Of a DNA stretch of 48,758 nt, positions 27,516-34,967 are shown piece after piece. The position numbers and the translations under genes are program-made. Source of the stretch: Bacillota bacterium. GTDB taxonomy: Bacteria > Bacillota > Sulfobacillia > RBS10-35 > JAJYVN01. Positions within the stretch are counted from its first letter, which is position 1; each line of letters opens with the position of its first letter. Location of the stretch: assembly GCA_021791995.1 (NCBI GenBank), contig JAJYVN010000001.1:1-48758 (forward strand). Reading direction: 5' to 3'. The notes below the pieces were generated by a model, which saw nothing but the letters and a program-made list of their open reading frames with translations, was not told the DNA's origin and did not search any database.

Positions 27516-27549
27516 CCTTCCCGTCGCATGAATAAGACGTATTGCGCTC

Positions 27550-27587
27550 TTGCAAGGGGATGGGGTCCTTGCGTATAATGTACGCAA
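27550..27587 (+). promoter_or_regulatory. near-consensus sigma-70-type promoter plus palindromic operator for the Ubl operon
   Basis: TTGCAA (27550-55), 18 nt, then TATAAT (27574-79). The perfect palindrome ttgcgta-taatg-tacgcaa (27569-87) overlaps the -10 box. Extra TTGCG/TGCAA half-sites occur at 27542, 27601 and 27609. Confidence 0.6.
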
Positions 27588-27656
27588 CACGTGTCACGGA
27601 TGCAACACTTGCGATTCGGAACGTGGGGTGACCAGTGTGAGAGGGGGCTGAAAGAA

Positions 27657-27884
27657 GTGGCCGACGGCGCCAAGTACGAGGTGGACATCGAGGGCCGTTT
27701 CTACCCGTGGGATTCAGACGACATCACGACCAAGGACATCATCCGGTTGGCGGGCTTTGCGGCTGGCACCCAAATCATCGAGGTCGATGGCGACAACAAC
27801 CAGCGGACCTTGGGGCCCGAGGAGGTTGTCGAGTTGAAGCCTGGTCATGGCTTCGCCAAGCGACACCGGTTTCGCCGGGGTTAG
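27657..27884 (+). CDS. ubiquitin-like (multiubiquitin/beta-grasp type) protein ending in a free Gly (BilA-like)
   Basis: 75 aa from the GTG behind GAGGGGG (the ORF track starts at 27591). The pattern YEVDIEGRFYPWDSDDITTKDIIRLAG...VVELKPGHGF fits a beta-grasp fold. The C-terminus is ...RHRFRRG followed by the stop. Confidence 0.7.
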   Translation: MADGAKYEVDIEGRFYPWDSDDITTKDIIRLAGFAAGTQIIEVDGDNNQRTLGPEEVVELKPGHGFAKRHRFRRG

Positions 27885-27888
27885 GGCG

Positions 27889-28266
27889 ATGACGCGCATT
27901 GAGCAGGAGTTGGTTCTCCTGCGCTCCAAGTTCCCGGATGCAGCCTTGCAAGGTCAGTGGGTACTGCTGCCGAGCTATCCTGTACCGAACCCCGGGTGGG
28001 GCGCCGACTCCGTCAAGGTCGCCTTCCCAATCCCCGCCGCCTACCCAGCCCAGAAGCCGTATGCCTTCTACGTCTCACCCCCTCTTAGGGTGGGCGCCTC
28101 GATCCCCGGAAATGCCACTGAGGCGTCTGATCCGGTCTTCGATGGGGAATGGACCAAGTTTTCATGGGACTGTCAGGACTGGTCGCCGGCGGCGGAAGTC
28201 GCGGGAGGCTCCAACTTGCTGCACTGGGCGCTAAGCTTCCACGAGCGCCTAAAGGATTACTCATGA
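27889..28266 (+). CDS. prokaryotic E2-like (UBC-fold) protein (BilB-like)
   Basis: 125 aa, starting 4 nt after the Ubl stop. VKVAFPIPAAYPAQKPYAFYV resembles the E2 core. There is a single Cys (FSWDCQDW). Supported by context between Ubl and JAB/E1. Confidence 0.65.
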   Translation: MTRIEQELVLLRSKFPDAALQGQWVLLPSYPVPNPGWGADSVKVAFPIPAAYPAQKPYAFYVSPPLRVGASIPGNATEASDPVFDGEWTKFSWDCQDWSPAAEVAGGSNLLHWALSFHERLKDYS

Positions 28267-28796
28267 CCATCGAGGTCCGACTGACGTCGGAGGAGTGGAT
28301 TCTACTCCGTCAGCATCTGTTTCAGAATTCCAAGGAGCATGCCGCGTTTGCCTTTTGCAAACTGGCGCGGGGAGACGACGGAGTGGCCCTGGTATCGGAG
28401 GACCTATATCTTGCCGTCCGGTCGGACTTCGAATTGCAGTTGGAATACCATATTACGCTTAGCGATGAGACCCTTGCGCGGCTGATTAAGAAAGCGTGGG
28501 ATCATGACCACTGTATTGTGGAGTTTCACTCCCATCCAAAGTCCCCCGGTGGGGTGAGTTTCTCGCCGAGTGACCTTGATGGGCTAGCAGACGTCGTTCC
28601 GTACATCGGTTGGCGGTTACGGGGACGGCCATACGCAGCGGTCGTTGTCGGACTCAAGGAGATAGACGCCTTGGCCTGGGTCGATGACTTCACGGTTCCG
28701 CAGCGACTGGATGTGGTGCGAGTGGGCAATGACAAGCTGCTACCAAGTCAGATTACTATATCTGAACTGGAGGGCGACTATGGGGAGATTCAGTAG
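28263..28796 (+). CDS. JAB/MPN+ (JAMM) metallo-isopeptidase (BilC-like)
   Basis: Glu in NSKEHAAFAF, and HSHPKSPGGVSFSPSD matches HxH-x9-S-xx-D. ATGA overlap with the E2 gene. Confidence 0.9.
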   Translation: MTIEVRLTSEEWILLRQHLFQNSKEHAAFAFCKLARGDDGVALVSEDLYLAVRSDFELQLEYHITLSDETLARLIKKAWDHDHCIVEFHSHPKSPGGVSFSPSDLDGLADVVPYIGWRLRGRPYAAVVVGLKEIDALAWVDDFTVPQRLDVVRVGNDKLLPSQITISELEGDYGEIQ

Positions 28797-29637
28797 GCAG
28801 ATCCTTCTGTTCGGCGACGAGGGGCAACAGGTCCTTAGCAACATTCGGGTCGCGATCATCGGGCTAGGCGGGCTCGGGAGCCATGTTTCGCAGCAACTCG
28901 CATATCTAGGCATTCGCAAGTTCGGCCTTGTGGACGGCGACATGGTGGAGGAGACCAATCTTAACCGCTTGATCGGCGCTACCGCCGACGACGTCCCAGC
29001 AAGTCGGCCGAAGGTGGACGTCGCCGAACGTATGATCAAAGCGGTCGATCCGGAAGTCCAGGTAGAGCGGGTTGGTAAGTCGTTCATCTCGCTGGAGGGC
29101 CGCGCCCTGCTTAGCGAGGCCGATTTTGTCATCGGCTGTGTCGACAATGACGGCGCGCGCCTTGCGCTCACGGCTGTATGTGCGGCGCTTCACAAGCCCT
29201 ATATGGACGTGGCTACTGACATCGACCCGGATGACACGCCGATCAACTATGGAGGTCGTATCATCTTCGCTAAGGGCGCCTCCGGCTGCTGTCACTGTCT
29301 GGGCGCCCTCGACGATCGTGAAATAGAGCGTTGGATGGGGAGTGAGGACCAGCTCGCGGCAGACGACAGAATCTACGGGAGTGGTGCAGCGGGGCCTAGT
29401 CCCTCGGTTGTTTGTCTCAATGGCGTTCTGGCCTCGGCGGCCTGTCTGGAGTTCATGGTCGAGGTCACAGGCCTACGGGAAGCAAACCGTTGGCTTGAAT
29501 ACGACGGTCCGTCCGGGAAAATGCGAGTTGACTCCACCGTTCCCACAGGCTGGTGCCCGTACTGTGAGTCCTTTAAGTACGGCAGCACTGAGTATGTCGA
29601 CTGGATGCTATCCCGCCTGCCGCAAACTCATCGTTAG
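28780..29637 (+). CDS. ThiF/MoeB/E1-like adenylyltransferase (BilD-like)
   Basis: IIGLGGLGSHV (nucleotide loop), ETNLNRL and GCVDNDGARL. Cys pairs CCHC and CPYC. 17-nt overlap with the JAB gene. Confidence 0.9.
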   Translation: MGRFSRQILLFGDEGQQVLSNIRVAIIGLGGLGSHVSQQLAYLGIRKFGLVDGDMVEETNLNRLIGATADDVPASRPKVDVAERMIKAVDPEVQVERVGKSFISLEGRALLSEADFVIGCVDNDGARLALTAVCAALHKPYMDVATDIDPDDTPINYGGRIIFAKGASGCCHCLGALDDREIERWMGSEDQLAADDRIYGSGAAGPSPSVVCLNGVLASAACLEFMVEVTGLREANRWLEYDGPSGKMRVDSTVPTGWCPYCESFKYGSTEYVDWMLSRLPQTHR

Positions 29638-29853
29638 CGGATGGTCCAAGCCGGGTTCGGCTTACTGTGCACTTGTCTTGGATGCAGTTGCTGCCGTACC
29701 CGCATTAGGCCGGCGTAGTAACTCCGGAGTGCCCCTGGCCTGGCCCGCGATTGCAGGTCGCCGACGTCGATCACCGGATGCGCCAATTTTACCGTGCGAC
29801 TGGTAGGAAGTGGGTCGCCCGTGCCGAACAGTGTCGGCACGGGGAGGTGCTCC

Positions 29854-30480
29854 GTGCACGGAGGCATCGTTCGCCAGATCGACGAGCTCGGCCGCATCGT
29901 GATACCAGCGGAGGTCCGTAGGGTCTTCGGCATCGAGGACGACACGCGGGTCGAGATGTTCCTGGACGGCGAGAAGATCGTCCTCAAGGTCCATCGGCCG
30001 GGGTGCGTGTTCTGCGGTGGCGTGGAGGACACGCGCGAGTACCGGGGTCGGCACATGTGCCGATCCTGCGCTTTTCATGTGTTCACGGAGTTTGAGGGGG
30101 CGCCGTCAGAGGTGGGTTGGCCCGCGACGGCCGGCGGTGACGCTGGGGCACCGGGCGTATGGTCCCCTCTCCCGGAGCAGGCAGCGAGGGAATGGGTCGC
30201 GAAGGAACTCCGCCTGCGGGGCTGGCAAGTTGACGAATCCGGGCGCGCTGGGCGTTCCGTGGACTTGGTGGCCTGGACCGCAACTCGGACTTGGTACCTT
30301 CAGGTCAGGGCCTTCCAGGGCGGCCAGCCCGAGTGGCCCACCGGCCACCAACTCGGATGGCTTAAGGGCGCTGCCAGACGGAAGGATGCGACTGCTGTGG
30401 TGGCGTTTGTGCGTGCGTTGGCGCCGACTTGGGCGGTGGAGTTCTGGTCAGCGCACGCCTTTCGAAAGCTGGAGACTTAG
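29854..30480 (+). CDS. AbrB/SpoVT-type DNA-binding domain fused to a Cys4 ribbon and a YraN/PD-(D/E)xK-like fold
   Basis: GIVRQIDELGRIVIPAEVRRVFGIEDDTRVEMFLDGEKIVLK closely matches the AbrB N-terminal domain. CVFCGG...CRSC follows. The C-terminal AREWVAKELRLRGWQV...SVDLVAW...WYLQVRAF resembles the YraN-type nuclease fold, but with Q/R where E/K are expected. Confidence 0.8.
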   Translation: MHGGIVRQIDELGRIVIPAEVRRVFGIEDDTRVEMFLDGEKIVLKVHRPGCVFCGGVEDTREYRGRHMCRSCAFHVFTEFEGAPSEVGWPATAGGDAGAPGVWSPLPEQAAREWVAKELRLRGWQVDESGRAGRSVDLVAWTATRTWYLQVRAFQGGQPEWPTGHQLGWLKGAARRKDATAVVAFVRALAPTWAVEFWSAHAFRKLET

Positions 30481-30573
30481 CTTCGCCCCGGGAATCTCCC
30501 TTGGGACCGGCCCAGACGGCGGAGCGGCGATCCGTATGTACGGAGTATGCTTGCTACAGAGGGAGATGAGCCC

Positions 30574-32199
30574 ATGCCGCTGTTGAACTTCAAAGGCAAG
30601 ACGTTCGTGCAGAGTCATCACTTGACGGTACCCTACCACACGCTGGTGCCAGTACCGGAGAGGAGTCTGACGGAACAGGTTCGCCTCGATGACAACCTAA
30701 TCATTCATGGTGATAACCTTGCGGCTCTAAAGGCGCTCTTGCCCGTGTACGCAGGCAAGGTGAAGTGCATCTATATTGACCCTCCGTACAATACTGGCAC
30801 TGAAAACTGGATCTATAATGATAACGTAAATTCTCCAATGATCCGAGATTGGCTTGGCAGGGTCGTGGACAGAGAAGATCTGACGCGCCATGATAAGTGG
30901 CTGTGCATGATGACCCCGCGTCTTCGACTATTGCGCGAATTGCTCCGAGACGATGGCGCCATCTTCGTCAGTTGCGATGACAACGAGCAGCATCACTTGA
31001 GGATGCTGATGGACGTAGTCTTCGGAGAAACGAATTTTGTCGCCAACTTGATATGGCAGAAGAAGTATGCATCGGCAAACGACCATAAGTCCATTGCGCC
31101 GATGCACGACTTCATCGTGGTGTATCAGAAGTCGGACCTGTTCCATCGCAACCTGCTTCCTAGAACCGAGGACAAGGATCGGCAGTACCGCTTTGAGGAC
31201 GAGCGCGGGGTATTCCGGCCCGACAACTACACATGCAACAAGACAGCAGACGAACGGCCTAACTTGTATTACCCTATTGTCAATCCGAACACCGGTGACG
31301 AGATTTGGCCAAAGCGGACGGCAGTGTGGCGTTACACGAGAGCTCGGCATGAGCAGAATGTTGCGAGTGGTCTGGTCTACTGGGGGAAGGACGGGCGCGG
31401 CAGTGTCCCAGCCTTTAAGCGGTACAAGGCGGGCTTGCGTGGCGGTGGCGGCATTGTCCCAAACACCTGGTGGACATTTGACGTTGCCGGACACACAGAT
31501 GAAGCCAAGAAGGAGATCCGCGGTATGGGTCTCGAAGCTGATGAACTTGACTTCATTACACCAAAACCGAGCCGCCTCATTCAGCGTATTCTCCAGATCG
31601 CAACCGACAAGGACTCTATAGTTCTTGACGCGTTCGCCGGGTCTGGAACAACGGCGCATGCCGTCTTGGCCGCCAACAGACAAGACGGAGGCAGTCGCCG
31701 ATTCATCCTGATCGAGATGGAGGACTACGCTGATTCCATCACGGCACAGCGCGTGCGCCGTGTTATAAAGGGTCTTCCCGGGGCGAAGGATCGGGCGATG
31801 AGCGAAGGGTTGGGGGGGAGCTTCTCCTACTTTGAGGTGGGTCCGGCGATTGAGCCAGAGGGCCTGCTAACGGGTGAAGCCCTCCCCCCCTTCAGAGAAC
31901 TGGCGCGCTATGTCTTTTACACAGCGACGGGTGAGGAGTTCCGGCCCGAGGTATTAGACGAAGCCCGCCGGTTCATTGGCTCGAGCGGTGAGTACGACGT
32001 GTACCTTCTATACGAGCCAGACATTGAGAAACTCAAGTCGCTGGCACTCAACCTCGAGTTCGCGGAGCGCCTCGGCAAGCCGGCCGATGGGAAGAGGCGG
32101 CTTGTGTTTGCGCCCGCCCGTTTCCTCACTGACCGGTACATGGAGCAGTATCGGATCGAGTACGCTCAACTGCCCCACGAGATGTACAAGACCCGTTGA
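30574..32199 (+). CDS. mod: Type III restriction-modification methyltransferase (Mod; beta-class N6A/N4C)
   Basis: DPPYNT (motif IV) precedes DAFAGSGTTAHAV (motif I). It is followed 23 nt later by a Res helicase-nuclease gene. Confidence 0.9.
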   Translation: MPLLNFKGKTFVQSHHLTVPYHTLVPVPERSLTEQVRLDDNLIIHGDNLAALKALLPVYAGKVKCIYIDPPYNTGTENWIYNDNVNSPMIRDWLGRVVDREDLTRHDKWLCMMTPRLRLLRELLRDDGAIFVSCDDNEQHHLRMLMDVVFGETNFVANLIWQKKYASANDHKSIAPMHDFIVVYQKSDLFHRNLLPRTEDKDRQYRFEDERGVFRPDNYTCNKTADERPNLYYPIVNPNTGDEIWPKRTAVWRYTRARHEQNVASGLVYWGKDGRGSVPAFKRYKAGLRGGGGIVPNTWWTFDVAGHTDEAKKEIRGMGLEADELDFITPKPSRLIQRILQIATDKDSIVLDAFAGSGTTAHAVLAANRQDGGSRRFILIEMEDYADSITAQRVRRVIKGLPGAKDRAMSEGLGGSFSYFEVGPAIEPEGLLTGEALPPFRELARYVFYTATGEEFRPEVLDEARRFIGSSGEYDVYLLYEPDIEKLKSLALNLEFAERLGKPADGKRRLVFAPARFLTDRYMEQYRIEYAQLPHEMYKTR

Positions 32200-32222
32200 T
32201 GTGAGGGGGCGCATCCGGGTTG

Positions 32223-34721
32223 ATGGAACTGAAGGAGTACCAACAGAGAGCTCTGGATAGCGTCGAATCGTACCTGCGCCAGCTGAGAACCTGGCGGGAA
32301 GAGTACGAAGGGGCGAATGAACGACTACGCTCGGCAATGGACTTTCCAAAGGCAGCATGGGAGGGCGTCTCGAGAGGGCCTTACGAGTCGAAGGTGACAG
32401 GGTCTGGGGAACCCTTGCCTAATTTCTGCCTTAAGGTACCAACGGGGGGCGGGAAGACCTATCTCGCAGTGCGTGCGCTCGACCGTGTCCAGACCATATA
32501 CAGGCAGCGGCATTCGGGGTTGGTGTTGTGGATTGTGCCGACGGACCAAATCTATCGTCAGACGTTAATCTCGCTCCAAGATCGGACGCACCCATATCGT
32601 CAATTTCTCGACATCGCCACCGGCGGGCGTGTGCAGGTCGTCGAAAAAACGGACCACTTTACGCCACAGGATGTCCGTGAGCGGCTGGTTATCCTGCTGC
32701 TAATGCTGCCGTCCGCGAATCGCCGAGACAAGGAGACCCTCAAGGTATTTCAAGACGCCGCCGGTTTTGAGGGGTTCTTTCCGGACGATGGGCACCGTGA
32801 AGAACACGAGGCCCTCATTCAACGCTGGCCGAACCTCGACTATTTCGGGGCAGAGGCGGACTGGACGGGCAGACAGGTCAAGAGTTCGCTTGGCAACGTG
32901 CTTCGGATTCTCTCGCCAGTCATTGTCCTAGACGAGGGGCAAAGGGCCTACAGCGAAGGTGCGCAGACAACGATTCGCGGGTTTAACCCGTGCCTGGTGC
33001 TGGAGTTGTCCGCGACCCCACCGAAGGGAAGCAACATTCTGGTCAACGTCCGCGGGCGGGAACTGGATCAGGAGCAAATGATCAAGTTGGAACTGCATGT
33101 CGCGAACCGGGCAAGCACTGACTGGCGGGACACTCTTGCCGATAGCTTGTCTTGGCGAAACCTGTTGGAAGAAGAGGCTAGAAAGTACGGATCCGCCACA
33201 GGTACGTACATCCGTCCGATCTGTCTGATTCAGGTCGAGCGGACGGGAAGGGATCAAATCGAGGCCGATCACATTCATGCGGAACATGTCAAGGACGAAC
33301 TTATCAGGTCGCACGGAGTCCCTGAGAGTCATGTGGCTATCAAATCCAGTGAGAAGGACGACATCGAAGGCACTGACCTACTTTCACCTGACTGCGAAGT
33401 TCGATACATCATCACGAAGCAAGCTCTGCAGGAGGGCTGGGATTGCCCTTTCGCCTATGTGCTTACAGTCCTGGCCAACCCTTCGTCCAGGACGGCCCTT
33501 ACCCAGTTGGTCGGCCGCATCCTCCGGCAACCCTACGCCAGGAAGACCGGCGTTGAAAGCCTGGATGAGAGTTATGTGTTCTGCTTCCGGCGCGAAGCGA
33601 CAGAGTTGTCTAGGGATATCAAGCAGGGGCTTGAGGGTGAAGGTCTGGGGGACTTGGCGCAAAGCGTCGTGGTCTCCGATAAGGGCCCCCAGGATGACAC
33701 GCGCGAGCGCCGGACGGTAGGGATGCGCGACAGGTTCAAGCGGTTTGAGGGAAAGCTGTATCTTCCGAAATTCCTAATTCAAGAGGGAGCACGTGAAGAC
33801 GAGGTTAGTTACGAGATGGACCTGCTCCCGCGAGTGCGGTGGGAAGGCCTCTCTCTCGAACGTATCGCGACGCTCACTCTTTCAGAGAAGCATGTAACTG
33901 AATGGGAGCAGTCGTTCGGTTACGGCGACGACGGCGATACAGTTACCAGCCAGGACTCGGTTGTTGAGACTAATGCGGAGTTGAACGTGCTATTCCTGAG
34001 TCGGCGGATTGAGTCTCTGGTGTCCAATCCGTGGATTGCGAGAGCCATCGTCGATGAGGCACTCCGGACCCTACGGCGTCGCTACGCTGACGACCTCATT
34101 GCCGCCAATCAAGTTCTGATCGCCGATGAATTGGAAAAGACCGTTGCCTCAGAGCGGGACAGGCTTTGTGAGGGAGTGTTTCGCGAGCTCGTCGAGATGG
34201 GTGTCCTTCGCCTTGTTCTCATGAGCACCAAGGCGTACCGCGTGCCGGACAGTATCGAGATTCCCAAAGCGGTCCAGCCTTTGTACCACACTGATGGCAA
34301 ACAGATTCAGCTCAGCCTATACGAGGATCCGGTGCCTAAAGAGTGGTTTAACGAGACGTTGGAAGCGCCCGTCGCCCTTTGCCTGGATCGGCAGGAGAAG
34401 CTGCTCTTCTGGTTCCGCAACCTGTCCAGCCGGGATTACTTCTATGTGCAGGGATGGCGTAAGAACCGCATCTGGGCGGACTACGTTGCGGCCAAGCGTG
34501 CTGAAACCGACGAGCAGAACTATGACACCATTTACGTGCTCGAGACAAAGGGCGACCAGCTGGCCGGCAACGACGATACGCAGTACAAGACGAGTGTCTT
34601 CGACCTGTGTAACAAGCTCTCGTGGAACGCGGTCTGCGAGGAGTTCCCTGGCAAGAAGGTTCGGTTCCAGGTGATTAAGCAGAGCGAGTGGGAGCGGATG
34701 CTCAACGAACTACTGCGATGA
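32223..34721 (+). CDS. res: Type III restriction enzyme Res subunit (SF2 helicase plus C-terminal endonuclease)
   Basis: KVPTGGGKT (motif I), VVLDEGQRAY (motif II), QLVGRILRQ (motif VI), and a C-terminal D...YVLETKG PD-ExK block. Confidence 0.9.
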   Translation: MELKEYQQRALDSVESYLRQLRTWREEYEGANERLRSAMDFPKAAWEGVSRGPYESKVTGSGEPLPNFCLKVPTGGGKTYLAVRALDRVQTIYRQRHSGLVLWIVPTDQIYRQTLISLQDRTHPYRQFLDIATGGRVQVVEKTDHFTPQDVRERLVILLLMLPSANRRDKETLKVFQDAAGFEGFFPDDGHREEHEALIQRWPNLDYFGAEADWTGRQVKSSLGNVLRILSPVIVLDEGQRAYSEGAQTTIRGFNPCLVLELSATPPKGSNILVNVRGRELDQEQMIKLELHVANRASTDWRDTLADSLSWRNLLEEEARKYGSATGTYIRPICLIQVERTGRDQIEADHIHAEHVKDELIRSHGVPESHVAIKSSEKDDIEGTDLLSPDCEVRYIITKQALQEGWDCPFAYVLTVLANPSSRTALTQLVGRILRQPYARKTGVESLDESYVFCFRREATELSRDIKQGLEGEGLGDLAQSVVVSDKGPQDDTRERRTVGMRDRFKRFEGKLYLPKFLIQEGAREDEVSYEMDLLPRVRWEGLSLERIATLTLSEKHVTEWEQSFGYGDDGDTVTSQDSVVETNAELNVLFLSRRIESLVSNPWIARAIVDEALRTLRRRYADDLIAANQVLIADELEKTVASERDRLCEGVFRELVEMGVLRLVLMSTKAYRVPDSIEIPKAVQPLYHTDGKQIQLSLYEDPVPKEWFNETLEAPVALCLDRQEKLLFWFRNLSSRDYFYVQGWRKNRIWADYVAAKRAETDEQNYDTIYVLETKGDQLAGNDDTQYKTSVFDLCNKLSWNAVCEEFPGKKVRFQVIKQSEWERMLNELLR

Positions 34722-34967
34722 TCTGGGCACCGCTGGAGCGGTGGCCGTCCGGCATGTGGTCGGGCTTGTGCCAGTTTCTGGGGCGATTTTGTCTTGGGGG
34801 GTCTAGCGACTCAATGTGGGGTCGTCGGTGGCTTAGAGGCCCGTCATCGGTCGCCGTGGGGCCGTCGTAGGGACGATCCAAGTGTCAACGGTCGCCTCTG
34901 TGGGGTTGAGGGCGGGTAGCCAGGTAAGCTGAGCTCATTTCAGCGACCCAAGAGGAGGCATAGTGCA

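Noticed and set aside
27591-27656. Longer 97-aa version of the Ubl (start at 27591)
   Set aside because: The extra 22 residues (MSRMQHLRFGTWGDQCERGLKE) have no ribosome-binding site. They would also start inside or just after the predicted promoter and operator. The GTG at 27657 follows GAGGGGG at proper spacing.
29342-30078. ORFs 29342..29806 (+), 29634..30056 (-) and 29662..30078 (-)
   Set aside because: They overlap the E1 3' end or run antisense to the well-supported AbrB-fusion gene, and they have no motifs.
34722-34967. Terminator or small gene between res and the helicase
   Set aside because: There is only a 6-bp hairpin (34728-34743) with no T-tract, and ORF 34688..34870 overlaps the res 3' end. 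Nothing here is supportable beyond a probable promoter region.
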